Below are positions 28,601 through 43,600 of a stretch of 64,000 bases of DNA, in pieces; the first letter of the stretch is position 1; the number at the start of each line of letters is the position of its first letter. Position numbers and translations under genes: made by a program. The notes under the pieces are model-generated. The model searched no databases. It had not been told where the DNA came from and saw nothing but the letters and a program-made list of their open reading frames with translations. Source of the stretch: the human T2T-CHM13v2.0 reference genome, Homo sapiens; the NCBI RefSeq assembly GCF_009914755.1, contig NC_060940.1; one strand, written 5' to 3'.

Positions 28601-31600
28601 ATTCCATTCTATTCCATTTGATGATGATTCCGTTCGATTCCATTCATTGGTGATTCCACTCAATTCCATTCAATGATTCCATTCCATTTCTTTCAACAAT
28701 GATTCCATTAGTTTCTAATCGATGATCCACTTGATTCCATTTGACGACGATTCCATTCTTGTCCATTCGATGATTCCATTTGATTCCATATGATGATGAT
28801 TCCATTCGATTCCATACCATGATGATTCCATTCGAGTCCATTCAATGGTGATTCCATTCAATTCCATTCGATGATTCCTTTTGATTCCATTCGATGATGA
28901 TGGCATTCGATTCCTTTCAATCATTCCCTTTGATTCCATTCAAAGGTGATTTCATTCAAGTCCATTCGATAATTGCATTCGATTCCATTCTATGATGATT
29001 CCATTCGAGTCCATTTGATGATTCCATTCAATTCAAGTCAATGATGATTCCATTCGATTCCATTCGATGATTCCATTGGATTCCATTCGATGATGATTCC
29101 ATTCAAATCCATTCGATAATTCAATTCAAGTCCATTCGATGATGATTCCAATCGAATCCATTCAAAGATTCCATTCAGTTCCATTCGATGATTCCCTTAG
29201 ATTCCATTCGATGATTCCACTTGATTGCATTTACGATGATTCCATTCGATTCCATGTGATGATTCCATTCAATTCTATTCAATGATGTCTCCATTTGATT
29301 CCATTCGACCATGATTGCCTTTGATTCCATTCAATGATTCCATTCGGTTCCGTTTGATGATGATTCCGTTCGATTCCATTTGATGATTCCATTTGATTCC
29401 ATTGGATGAGTCCATTCGATTACATTCGATGATTATTCCATTCGAGTGCATTAGATGATTCCATTCGAGTCCATTCGATGATTCCATTCGATTCCATTCG
29501 ATGTTGATTCTGTTCAAATCCATTCGATGATTCCACTCGATTCCATTCGTTGACTCCATTTGATCCCATTCGATGATTTCCTTTGATTCCCTTTGATGAT
29601 CATTCCATTTGATTCAATTCGGTGATTTCATTTGATTCCATTCAGTGATGTTTCCATTCGACTCCATTCGATGATGATTCCATTCGACTCCATTCGATTA
29701 TGATTTCATTCAATTCCATTCGATAATGATTCCCTTCGAGTCCATTCGATGATTCCATTCGATTCCATTCAACAATGATTTGATTCGTGTCCATTCGATG
29801 ATTCCATTTGATTCCACATGATGATGATTCCATTCGAGTCCATTTGATGATTCCATTCAATTCCATACTCCGATGATTTCTTTTGAGCCCACTCAATGCT
29901 TCCACTCGATTCCATATGATGATGACTCCATTCGATGAAATTCGATGATGATTCCATTCGCTTGCTTTCGATGATGATTCCACTTGAGTCCGTTAGAAGA
30001 TTCTATTCAATTACATTCCATGACGATTCCGTTCGAGTCCATTTGATGATTCCATTAGACTCCATTCGACGATGATTCCATTCGATGTTATTCGATGATT
30101 CCATTCGATCTCATTCGATGATGATTCCATTCAACTCCATTCGATGTTTCCATTCGAGTTCATTCTATTATTCCATTAGATTCCATTCGATGATGATTCC
30201 ATTCGATTCCATTTGATGATTGCATTCTATTTCATTTGATGATGATTCCATTCGAGTCCACTCGATGATTCCATTCGAGTCCATTTAATGAATCCATTGG
30301 TTTCAATTCTATGATGATTACATTGGATTCCATTCGTTGATGATTTCATTCGGTTCCATTCAAGGATGATTCCATTCAATTCCTTTCAATGTTTCCATTC
30401 AATTCCATACGATGATGATTCCATTTGATTTGATTCGACAGTGAGCCATTCGATTCAATTCCATGATGATTCTATTTGATTCAATTGGTTGACATTTCCA
30501 TTCGATTCCATTCGATGATGATTCCCTTTGATTCCGTTCAAAGATGATTCCATTCTAGCCCATTCAATCATTCCATTCGATTCTATTCAATGATGATTCC
30601 ATTCATGTCGATTTGGTGATTCCATTTGACTTCATTTGATGATGATTCCTTTCAAGTTCATTAGATGATTCCATTCGATTCCATTTGATGATGATCCCAT
30701 TCGAGTCCATTCAGTGATTCCATTCGTTTCCATTCCATGATGATTCCATTCCTTTCCATTCAATGATTCCATTCGATTCCGTTTGATGATGATTTCATTC
30801 GAGTCCATTTGATGATTCCATTTGATTCCATTCGATGATGATTCCATTCGAGTCCATTCGATGATTCTATTCGAATCCATTTGATGATTTCTTTTGATTA
30901 TATTTGGTGATGATTCCATTGGAGTCCATTCAATGATTCCATTCGATTCCAATCGATGATGATTCCATTAGAGTCCATTTAATGATTCCATTTGATTCCA
31001 GTCTCTGATGATTACATTCGAGTCCATACGATGATTCCACTCAATTCCATATGATGATGATTCCATTTGATTCCATTCGGTGATTCCATTCTATTCTATT
31101 CAATGGTGATTCCATTCGAGTACATTAGATGATTCCATTCGATTCCATTCAATGATGATTCTATTTGTGTCCCTTAGATGATTCCACATGATTCCATTAC
31201 ATGATGATACTATTTGAGCCCATCCAATGATTCCCTTCGATTCCATTCGATGAGGATTCCATTCGATTCAGTTCATTGGTGATTCTATTCAATTCAATTC
31301 TTTGATTCCATTCCATTCCATTCGACAATGATTCCATTCGATTTCTTTCGATGATTCCACTCGATTCCACTTGACATTGATTCCCTTCGATTCCATTCAA
31401 TGATTCCATTTGATTCCAGTGGATGATGATTGCCATCGATTCCATTCGATCACTCCATTCTATTCCATTTGATGATGATTACATTCGATTCCATTTGACG
31501 ATTCCATCTGATTCTATTCGAGGATTCCATTTGATTCCATTCGATGATGATTCCATTCGAGTCCATTCGATGATTTCATTCGAGTACATCCAATGATTCC

Positions 31601-34600
31601 ATTCGAGTCCATTAGATGATTCCATTTGATTCCATTTGAAAATGATTCTACTAGAGTCCATTCAATGACTCCATTCGAGTCCATTCAACAATTCCATTCG
31701 ACTCCATTCGATGATTCCATTCGATTCCATTTGATGGTTCCATTCGATTCCATTTAATCATTACAGTCGAGTCCATTTGGTGATTCCACTGGATTTCTTT
31801 TGATAATGATACCATTCAATTACATTTGATGATGATCCCATTCAATTTCATTTGATGATGATTCCATTAGAGTCCATTCGATGATTTCATTCGAGTCCCT
31901 TCATTGATTCCATCCGATTTCATTGGATGATGACTCCATTCGAGTCCATTCGATGATTCCACTCGATTCCATTAGATGACTCCATTGGAGTCCATTTGAT
32001 TGTTCCATTCGATTCCATTCGATTCCTTTCGAAGATTATTCCATTTGAGTCCATTCGATGATGATTCCATTCCATTCCATTCGATGATTCCGTTTGATTC
32101 CATTCGATGATTCCCTTCGATTCCTTTCTTTGATGATTCCATTCCATTCCATTCAATGATTCCATTCGAATCTATTCCATGATGATTCCTTTCGATTCCA
32201 TTCGCTGATGTTTCCGTTCAATTACATTCGATGATGATTCCATTCGATTCCATTCATTGAGGATTCCATTTGATTCCATTCAATGATGATTCCATTCTAT
32301 TCCATTCAATGATTGCATTCAATTCCATTCAATGATTATCCCATTAGAGTAAACTCAACGATTCCATTCAATACCATTCGATGATGATTCCTTTTGAGTC
32401 CATTCAATGATTTCATTCAAGTCCATTTGATGATTCCTTTCAATTCCATTCTATGATGATTCCATTCGAGTCCATTCGATGATTCCATTCGATTGCATTC
32501 GATGATTCCATTATATTCCATTCAACGGTGATTCCATTCGAGTCCATTCCATGATTCCATTAGAGTACATTTAATGATTGCTTTGTTTTCAATTCGAAGA
32601 TGATTACATTGGATTCCATTCTATGATACCATTCGATTCCATTCAATGATGATTCCACTCAAATCCATTGGATGATTCCATTCGTGTCCATTCGGTGATT
32701 TCATTAGATTCCATTCGAGGACGATTCCATTCGATTCCATTCGATGATTCCATTCAATTCCATTCGATGATGATTCCATTCCAGTCCATATGATCATTCC
32801 ATTTGATTTCATTCGATGATGATTCCATTCGATTCCATTCGACGATTCCATTCTATTCCATTCGATGATGATTCCATTCGAGTCCATTCGATCAATCCAT
32901 TCGAGTCCATTTAATGACTCCATTGGGTTCAATTCAATGATGATTACATTGGATTCCGTTCTATGATTCCATTCAATTCCGTTCATTGACAATTTGATTC
33001 CATTCGATGATGATTCCATTTGAGTTCATTCGATGATTCTATTCGATTCTCTTCGATGGTGATTCAATTCTATTATATTGGATGATTCCATTCGATTCCA
33101 TTTGATGTTGATTCAATTCGATTCTATTCGATGATGATTCCATTGGATTTCACTTGATGATTCTATTCGATTCCATTCAATGATGATTCACTTCTCGTCC
33201 ATTGGATGATTCCATTTCATTCCATTCGATGATGATTCCATTCGATTCCATTCGATGATTCCATTTGATTCCATGCGACGGTGAGCAATTCGATTCAATT
33301 CCATGATGATTCTATTTGATTCAATTAGATGATGTTTCCATTCGAATCCATTCCATGATTATTCCATTGGAATCCATTCGGCGATGATTCCATATGAGTC
33401 AATTCAATGATGATTCCATATGGGTCCGTTCGATGATAATTCCATTTGATTTCATTCGATGCTTCTATTCTATTCCAGTCGATGATGATTCCGTTGGAGT
33501 CCATACGATGATTCCATTTGATTTCATTTGATGATGATTCCATTCGATGATGATTACATTGGATTCCATTCTATGATTCCATTCAATTCCATTCGTTGAT
33601 GATTCGATTCCCTTCAATGATGATTCCACTTGAGTTCATTCGATGATTCTATTCGATTCCGTTCGATGGAGATTCAATTCTCTTATATTGGATGATTCCA
33701 CTCGATTCCATTTGATGATTATTCCATTGGAGTCCACTTAGTGAATCCTTTAGATTCTACTCGAAGATGATTCCATTCGAGTCCATTCGATGATACCATT
33801 CAATTCCATTCGTTGATGCTTCCATTCAAGTGCATTCGATGATATCATTCGATTCCATTTGATGATAATTCCATTTGATTCCATGCGATGATTCTATTCG
33901 ATTCCATTCAATGATAATTCCATTCAATTCAGTGATTCCTCTGGACTCCATTTGATGATGATTCCATTCAATGATTCCATTCGATTCTATTCGAAAATGA
34001 TTCCATTTGAATCCATTTGATGATGATTCCATTAGATTCCATTTGATGATTCCATTCGATTCCATTCGACGATGATTCCATTCGATTCCGTTTGATGATT
34101 CCATTCTATTCTATTCGATGATGATTCCATTCGATTCCATTCGATGATGATTGGATTCGATTCCATTTGATGATTTCATTTGATTCCATTCGTTAATGAT
34201 TTCGATCAATTCCATTCGATGATTCCATTCGATTCCATTCGATAATGATTACATCCGAGTCCATTCGATGATTCCATTTGAGCCTGTTCGATAATTCCAT
34301 TTGAGTCCAACCAATGATTCCATTCATTTCCATTCAATGATTCCATTCGAGTCCATTTGATCATTCCGGTTGGGTCCATTCGATGTTGATTCCATTGGAG
34401 TGCATTCGATGATTCCATTCGAGTCCATTTTAGGATTTGATTCGAGTCCTTTCGATGATTCCATTCGATTCCACTCGATGATGATTTCATTCGAGTCCAT
34501 TCGACACTTCCAATCGATTCCATTTGATGATTCCATTCGAGTCCAATTGATGATTCCATTCAATTCCATTCGATGATGATTCCGTACGATTCCATTCTGT

Positions 34601-37600
34601 GATGATTCCTTGTGATTGCATTCAATGATGATTCCTTTCGATTGCATTCGATTATGATTCATTTCGTGTTCATTCTATGGTTCCACAGGTTTCCATTCGT
34701 GTCCATTCCATTATTCCATTCTATTCCATTTGATGATGATTCCATTCGATTCCATTCATTGGTGATTCCACTCAATTCCATTCAATGATTCCATTCCATT
34801 TCTTTCAACAATGATTCCATTAGTTTCTAATCGATGATCCACTTGATTCCATTTGACGACGATTCCATTCTTGTCCATTCGATGATTCCATTTGATTCCA
34901 TATGATGATGATTCCATTCGATTCCATACCATGATGATTCCATTCGAGTCCATTCAATGGTGATTCCATTCAATTCCATTCGATGATTCCTTTTGATTCC
35001 ATTCGATGATGATGGCATTCGATTCCTTTCAATCATTCCCTTTGATTCCATTCAAAGGTGATTTCATTCAAGTCCATTCGATAATTGCATTCGATTCCAT
35101 TCTATGATGATTCCATTCGAGTCCATTTGATGATTCCATTCAATTCAAGTCAATGATGATTCCATTCGATTCCATTCGATGATTCCATTGGATTCCATTC
35201 GATGATGATTCCATTCAAATCCATTCGATAATTCAATTCAAGTCCATTCGATGATGATTCCAATCGAATCCATTCAAAGATTCCATTCAGTTCCATTCGA
35301 TGATTCCCTTAGATTCCATTCGATGATTCCACTTGATTGCATTTACGATGATTCCATTCGATTCCATGTGATGATTCCATTCAATTCTATTCAATGATGT
35401 CTCCATTTGATTCCATTCGACCATGATTGCCTTTGATTCCATTCAATGATTCCATTCGGTTCCGTTTGATGATGATTCCGTTCGATTCCATTTGATGATT
35501 CCATTTGATTCCATTGGATGAGTCCATTCGATTACATTCGATGATTATTCCATTCGAGTGCATTAGATGATTCCATTCGAGTCCATTCGATGATTCCATT
35601 CGATTCCATTCGATGTTGATTCTGTTCAAATCCATTCGATGATTCCACTCGATTCCATTCGTTGACTCCATTTGATCCCATTCGATGATTTCCTTTGATT
35701 CCCTTTGATGATCATTCCATTTGATTCAATTCGGTGATTTCATTTGATTCCATTCAGTGATGTTTCCATTCGACTCCATTCGATGATGATTCCATTCGAC
35801 TCCATTCGATTATGATTTCATTCAATTCCATTCGATAATGATTCCCTTCGAGTCCATTCGATGATTCCATTCGATTCCATTCAACGATGATTTGATTCGT
35901 GTCCATTCGATGATTCCATTTGATTCCACTTGATGATGATTCCATTCGAGTCCATTTGATGATTCCATTCAATTCCATACTCCGATGATTTCTTTTGAGC
36001 CCACTCAATGCTTCCACTCGATTCCATATGATGATGACTCCATTCGATGAAATTCGATGATGATTCCATTCGCTTGCTTTCGATGATGATTCCACTTGAG
36101 TCCGTTAGAAGATTCTATTCAATTACATTCCATGACGATTCCGTTCGAGTCCATTTGATGATTCCATTAGACTCCATTCGACGATGATTCCATTCGATGT
36201 TATTCGATGATTCCATTCGATCTCATTCGATGATGATTCCATTCAACTCCATTCGATGTTTCCATTCGAGTTCATTCTATTATTCCATTAGATTCAATTC
36301 GATGATGATTCCATTCGATTCCATTTGATGATTGCATTCTATTTCATTTGATGATGATTCCATTCGAGTCCACTCGATGATTCCATTCGAGTCCATTTAA
36401 TGAATCCATTGGTTTCAATTCTATGATGATTACATTGGATTCCATTCGTTGATGATTTCATTCGGTTCCATTCAATGATGATTCCATTCAATTCCTTTCA
36501 ATGTTTCCATTCAATTCCATACGATGATGATTCCATTTGATTTGATTCGACAGTGAGCCATTCGATTCAATTCCATGATGATTCTATTTGATTCAATTGG
36601 TTGACATTTCCATTCGATTCCATTCGATGATGATTCCCTTTGATTCCGTTCAACGATGATTCCATTCTAGCCCATTCAATCATTCCATTCGATTCTATTC
36701 AATGATGATTCCATTCATGTCGATTTGGTGATTCCATTTGACTTCATTTGATGATGATTCCTTTCAAGTTCATTAGATGATTCCATTCGATTCCATTTGA
36801 TGATGATCCCATTCGAGTCCATTCAGTGATTCCATTCGTTTCCATTCCATGATGATTCCATTCCTTTCCATTCAATGATTCCATTCGATTCCGTTTGATG
36901 ATGATTTCATTCGAGTCCATTTGATGATTCCATTTGATTCCATTCGATGATGATTCCATTCGAGTCCATTCGATGATTCTATTCGAATCCATTTGATGAT
37001 TTCTTTTGATTATATTTGGTGATGATTCCATTGGAGTCCATTCAATGATTCCATTCTATTCCAATCGATGATGATTCCATTAGAGTCCATTTAATGATTC
37101 CATTTGATTCCAGTCTCTGATGATTACATTCGAGTCCATACGATGATTCCACTCAATTCCATATGATGATGATTCCATTTGATTCCATTCGGTGATTCCA
37201 TTCTATTCTATTCAATGGTGATTCCATTCGAGTACATTAGATGATTCCATTCGATTCCATTCAATGATGATTCTATTTGTGTCCCTTAGATGATTCCACA
37301 TGATTCCATTACATGATGATACTATTTGAGCCCATCCAATGATTCCCTTCGATTCCATTCGATGAGGATTCCATTCGATTCAATTCATTGGTGATTCTAT
37401 TCAATTCAATTCTTTGATTCCATTCCATTCCATTCGACAATGATTCCATTCGATTTCTTTCGATGATTCCACTTGATTCCACTTGACATTGATTCCATTC
37501 GATTCCATTCAATGATTCCATTTGATTCCAGTGGATGATGATTGCCATCGATTCCATTCGATCACTCCATTCTATTCCATTTGATGATGATTACATTCGA

Positions 37601-40600
37601 TTCCATTTGATGATTCCATCTGATTCTATTCGAGGATTCCATTTGATTCCATTCGATGATGATTCCATTCGAGTCCATTCGATGATTTCATTCGAGTACA
37701 TCCAATGATTCCATTCGAGTCCATTAGATGATTCCATTTGATTCCATTTGAAAATGATTCTACTAGAGTCCATTCAATGACTCCATTCGAGTCCATTCAA
37801 CAATTCCATTCGACTCCATTCGATGATTCCATTCGATTCCATTTGATGGTTCCATTCGAGTCCATTTAATCATTACAGTCGAGTCCATTTGGTGATTCCA
37901 CTGGATTTCTTTTGATAATGATACCATTCAATTACATTTGATGATGATCCCATTCAATTTCATTTGATGATGATTCCATTAGAGTCCATTCGATGATTTC
38001 ATTCGAGTCCCTTCATTGATTCCATCCGATTTCATTGGATGATGACTCCATTCGAGTCCATTCGATGTTTCCACTCGATTCCATTAGATGACTCCATTGG
38101 AGTCCATTTGATTGTTCCATTCGATTCCATTCGATTCCTTTCAAAGATTATTCCATTTGAGTCCATTCGATGATGATTCCATTCCATTCCATTCGATGAT
38201 TCCGTTTGATTCCATTCGATGATTCCCTTCGATTCCTTTCTTTGATGATTCCATTCCATTCCATTCAATGATTCCATTCGAATCTATTCCATGATGATTC
38301 CTTTCGATTCCATTCGCTGATGTTTCCGTTCAATTCCATTCGATGATGATTCCATTCGATTCCATTCATTGAGGATTCCATTTGATTCCATTCAATGATG
38401 ATTCCATTCTATTCCATTCAATGATTGCATTCAATTCCATTCAATGATTATCCCATTAGAGTAAACTCAACGATTCCATTCAATACCATTCGATGATGAT
38501 TCCTTTTGAGTCCATTCAATGATTTCATTCAAGTCCATTTGATGATTCCTTTCAATTCCATTCTATGATGATTCCATTCGAGTCCATTCGATGATTCCAT
38601 TCGATTGCATTCGATGATTCCATTATATTCCATTCAACGGTGATTCCATTCGAGTCCATTCCATGATTCCATTAGAGTACATTTAATGATTGCTTTGTTT
38701 CCAATTCGAAGATGATTACATTGGATTCCATTCTATGATACCATTCGATTCCATTCAATGATGATTCCACTCAAATCCATTGGATGATTCCATTCGTGTC
38801 CATTCGGTGATTTCATTAGATTCCATTCGAGGATGATTCCATTCGATTCCATTCGATGATTCCATTCAATTCCATTCGATGATGATTCCATTCCAGTCCA
38901 TATGATCATTCCATTTGATTTCATTCGATGATGATTCCATTCGATTCGATTCGACGATTCCATTCTATTCCATTCGATGATGATTCCATTCGAGTCCATT
39001 CGATGATTCCATTCGAGTCCATTTAATGATTCCATTGGGTTCAATTCAATGATGATTACATTGGATTCCGTTCTATGATTCCATTCAATTCCGTTCATTG
39101 ACAATTTGATTCCATTCGATGATGATTCCATTTGAGTTCATTCGATGATTCTATTCGATTCTCTTCGATGGTGATTCAATTCTATTATATTGGATGATTC
39201 CATTCGATTCCATTTGATGTTGATTCAATTCGATTCTATTCGATGATGATTCCATTGGATTTCACTTGATGATTCTATTCGATTCCATTCAATGATGATT
39301 CACTTCTCGTCCATTGGATGATTCCATTTCATTCCATTCGATGATGATTCCATTCGATTCCATTCGATGATTCCATTTGATTCCATGCGACGGTGAGCAA
39401 TTCGATTCAATTCCATGATGATTCTATTTGATTCAATTAGATGATGTTTCCATTCGAATCCATTCCATGATTATTCCATTGGAATCCATTTGGCGATGAT
39501 TCCATATGAGTCAATTCAATGATGATTCCATATGGGTCCGTTCGATGATAATTCCATTTGATTTCATTCGATGCTTCTATTCTATTCCAGTCGATGATGA
39601 TTCCGTTGGAGTCCATACGATGATTCCATTTGATTTCATTTGATGATGATTCCATTCGATGATGATTACATTGGATTCCATTCTATGATTCCATTCAATT
39701 CCATTCGTTGATGATTCGATTCCATTCAATGATGATTCCATTTGAGTTCATTCGATGATTCTATTCGATTCCGTTCGATGGTGATTCAATTCTATTATAT
39801 TGGATGATTCCACTCGATTCCATTTGATGATTATTCCATTGGAGTCCACTTAGTGAATCCTTTAGATTCTACTCGACGATGATTCCATTCGAGTCCATTC
39901 GATGATACCATTCAATTCCATTCGTTGATGCTTCCATTCAAGTGCATTCGATGATATCATTCGATTCCATTTGATGATAATTCCATTTGATTCCATGCGA
40001 TGATTCTATTCGATTCCATTCAATGATAATTCCATTCAATTCAGTGATTCCTCTGGACTCCATTTGATGATGATTCCATTCAATGATTCCATTCGATTCT
40101 ATTCGAAAATGATTCCATTTGAATCCATTTGATGATGATTCCATTAGATTCCATTTGATGATTCCATTCGATTCCATTCGACGATGATTCCATTCGATTC
40201 CGTTTGATGATTCCATTCTATTCTATTTGATGATGATTCCATTCGATTCCATTCGATGATGATTGGATTCGATTCCATTGGATGATTTCATTTGATTCCA
40301 TTCGTTAATGATTTCGATCAATTCCATTCGATGATTCCATTCGATTCCATTCGATAATGATTACATCCGAGTCCATTCGATGATTCCCTTTGAGCCTGTT
40401 CGATAATTCCATTTGAGTCCAACCAATGATTCCATTCATTTCCATTCAATGATTCCATTCGAGTCCATTTGATCATTCCGGTAGGGTCCATTCGATGTTG
40501 ATTCCATTGGAGTGCATTCGATGATTCCATTCGAGTCCATTTTAGGATTTGATTCGAGTCCTTTCGATGATTCCATTCGATTCCACTCGATGATGATTTC

Positions 40601-43600
40601 ATTCGAGTCCATTCGACACTTCCAATCGATTCCATTTGATGATTCCATTCGAGTCCAATTGATGATTCCATTCAATTCCATTCGATGATGATTCCGTACG
40701 ATTCCATTCTGTGATGATTCCATGTGATTGCATTCAATGATGATTCCTTTCGATTGCATTCGATTATGATTCATTTCGTGTTCATTCTATGGTTCCACAG
40801 GTTTCCATTCGTGTCCATTCCATTATTCCATTCTATTCCATTTGATGATGATTCCATTCGATTCCATTCATTGGTGATTCCACTCAATTCCATTCAATGA
40901 TTCCATTCCATTTCTTTCAACAATGATTCCATTAGTTTCTAATCGATGATCCACTTGATTCCATTTGACGACGATTCCATTCTTGTCCATTCGATGATTC
41001 CATTTGATTCCATATGATGATGATTCCATTCGATTCCATACCATGATGATTCCATTCGAGTCCATTCAATGGTGATTCCATTCAATTCCATTCGATGATT
41101 CCTTTTGATTCCATTCGATGATGATGGCATTCGATTCCTTTCAATCATTCCCTTTGATTCCATTCAAAGGTGATTTCATTCAAGTCCATTCGATAATTGC
41201 ATTCGATTCCATTCTATGATGATTCCATTCGAGTCCATTTGATGATTCCATTCAATTCAAGTCAATGATGATTCCATTCGATTCCATTCGATGATTCCAT
41301 TGGATTCCATTCGATGATGATTCCATTCAAATCCATTCGATAATTCAATTCAAGTCCATTCGATGATGATTCCAATCGAATCCATTCAAAGATTCCATTC
41401 AGTTCCATTCGATGATTCCCTTAGATTCCATTCGATGATTCCACTTGATTGCATTTACGATGATTCCATTCGATTCCATGTGATGATTCCATTCAATTCT
41501 ATTCAATGATGTCTCCATTTGATTCCATTCGACCATGATTGCCTTTGATTCCATTCAATGATTCCATTCGGTTCCGTTTGATGATGATTCCGTTCGATTC
41601 CATTTGATGATTCCATTTGATTCCATTGGATGAGTCCATTCGATTACATTCGATGATTATTCCATTCGAGTGCATTAGATGATTCCATTCGAGTCCATTC
41701 GATGATTCCATTCGATTCCATTCGATGTTGATTCTGTTCAAATCCATTCGATGATTCCACTCGATTCCATTCGTTGACTCCATTTGATCCCATTCGATGA
41801 TTTCCTTTGATTCCCTTTGATGATCATTCCATTTGATTCAATTCGGTGATTTCATTTGATTCCATTCAGTGATGTTTCCATTCGACTCCATTCGATGATG
41901 ATTCCATTCGACTCCATTCGATTATGATTTCATTCAATTCCATTCGATAATGATTCCCTTCGAGTCCATTCGATGATTCCATTCGATTCCATTCAACGAT
42001 GATTTGATTCGTGTCCATTCGATGATTCCATTTGATTCCACTTGATGATGATTCCATTCGAGTCCATTTGATGATTCCATTCAATTCCATACTCCGATGA
42101 TTTCTTTTGAGCCCACTCAATGCTTCCACTCGATTCCATATGATGATGACTCCATTCGATGAAATTCGATGATGATTCCATTCGCTTGCTTTCGATGATG
42201 ATTCCACTTGAGTCCGTTAGAAGATTCTATTCAATTACATTCCATGACGATTCCGTTCGAGTCCATTTGATGATTCCATTAGACTCCATTCGACGATGAT
42301 TCCATTCGATGTTATTCGATGATTCCATTCGATCTCATTCGATGATGATTCCATTCAACTCCATTCGATGTTTCCATTCGAGTTCATTCTATTATTCCAT
42401 TAGATTCCATTCGATGATGATTCCATTCGATTCCATTTGATGATTGCATTCTATTTCATTTGATGATGATTCCATTCGAGTCCACTCGATGATTCCATTC
42501 GAGTCCATTTAATGAATCCATTGGTTTCAATTCTATGATGATTACATTGGATTCCATTCGTTGATGATTTCATTCGGTTCCATTCAATGATGATTCCATT
42601 CAATTCCTTTCAATGTTTCCATTCAATTCCATACGATGATGATTCCATTTGATTTGATTCGACAGTGAGCCATTCGATTCAATTCCATGATGATTCTATT
42701 TGATTCAATTGGTTGACATTTCCATTCGATTCCATTCGATGATGATTCCCTTTGATTCCGTTCAAAGATGATTCCATTCTAGCCCATTCAATCATTCCAT
42801 TCGATTCTATTCAATGATGATTCCATTCATGTCGATTTGGTGATTCCATTTGACTTCATTTGATGATGATTCCTTTCAAGTTCATTAGATGATTCCATTC
42901 GATTCCATTTGATGATGATCCCATTCGAGTCCATTCAGTGATTCCATTCGTTTCCATTCCATGATGATTCCATTCCTTTCCATTCAATGATTCCATTCGA
43001 TTCCGTTTGATGATGATTTCATTCGAGTCCATTTGATGATTCCATTTGATTCCATTCGATGATGATTCCATTCGAGTCCATTCGATGATTCTATTCGAAT
43101 CCATTTGATGATTTCTTTTGATTATATTTGGTGATGATTCCATTGGAGTCCATTCAATGATTCCATTCTATTCCAATCGATGATGATTCCATTAGAGTCC
43201 ATTTAATGATTCCATTTGATTCCAGTCTCTGATGATTACATTCGAGTCCATACGATGATTCCACTCAATTCCATATGATGATGATTCCATTTGATTCCAT
43301 TCGGTGATTCCATTCTATTCTATTCAATGGTGATTCCATTCGAGTACATTAGATGATTCCATTCGTTTCCATTCAATGATGATTCTATTTGTGTCCCTTA
43401 GATGATTCCACATGATTCCATTAGATGATGATACTATTTGAGCCCATCCAATGATTCCCTTCGATTCCATTCGATGAGGATTCCATTCGATTCAATTCAT
43501 TGGTGATTCTATTCAATTCAATTCTTTGATTCCATTCCATTCCATTCGACAATGATTCCATTCGATTTCTTTCGATGATTCCACTCGATTCCACTTGACA

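Noticed and set aside
34370-34576. The only plus-strand ORF (68 aa)
   Set aside because: It arises from a single substitution (GGTAGGG>GGTTGGG) that removes a TAG and gives a TTG start in one copy; the peptide is low-complexity satellite translation.
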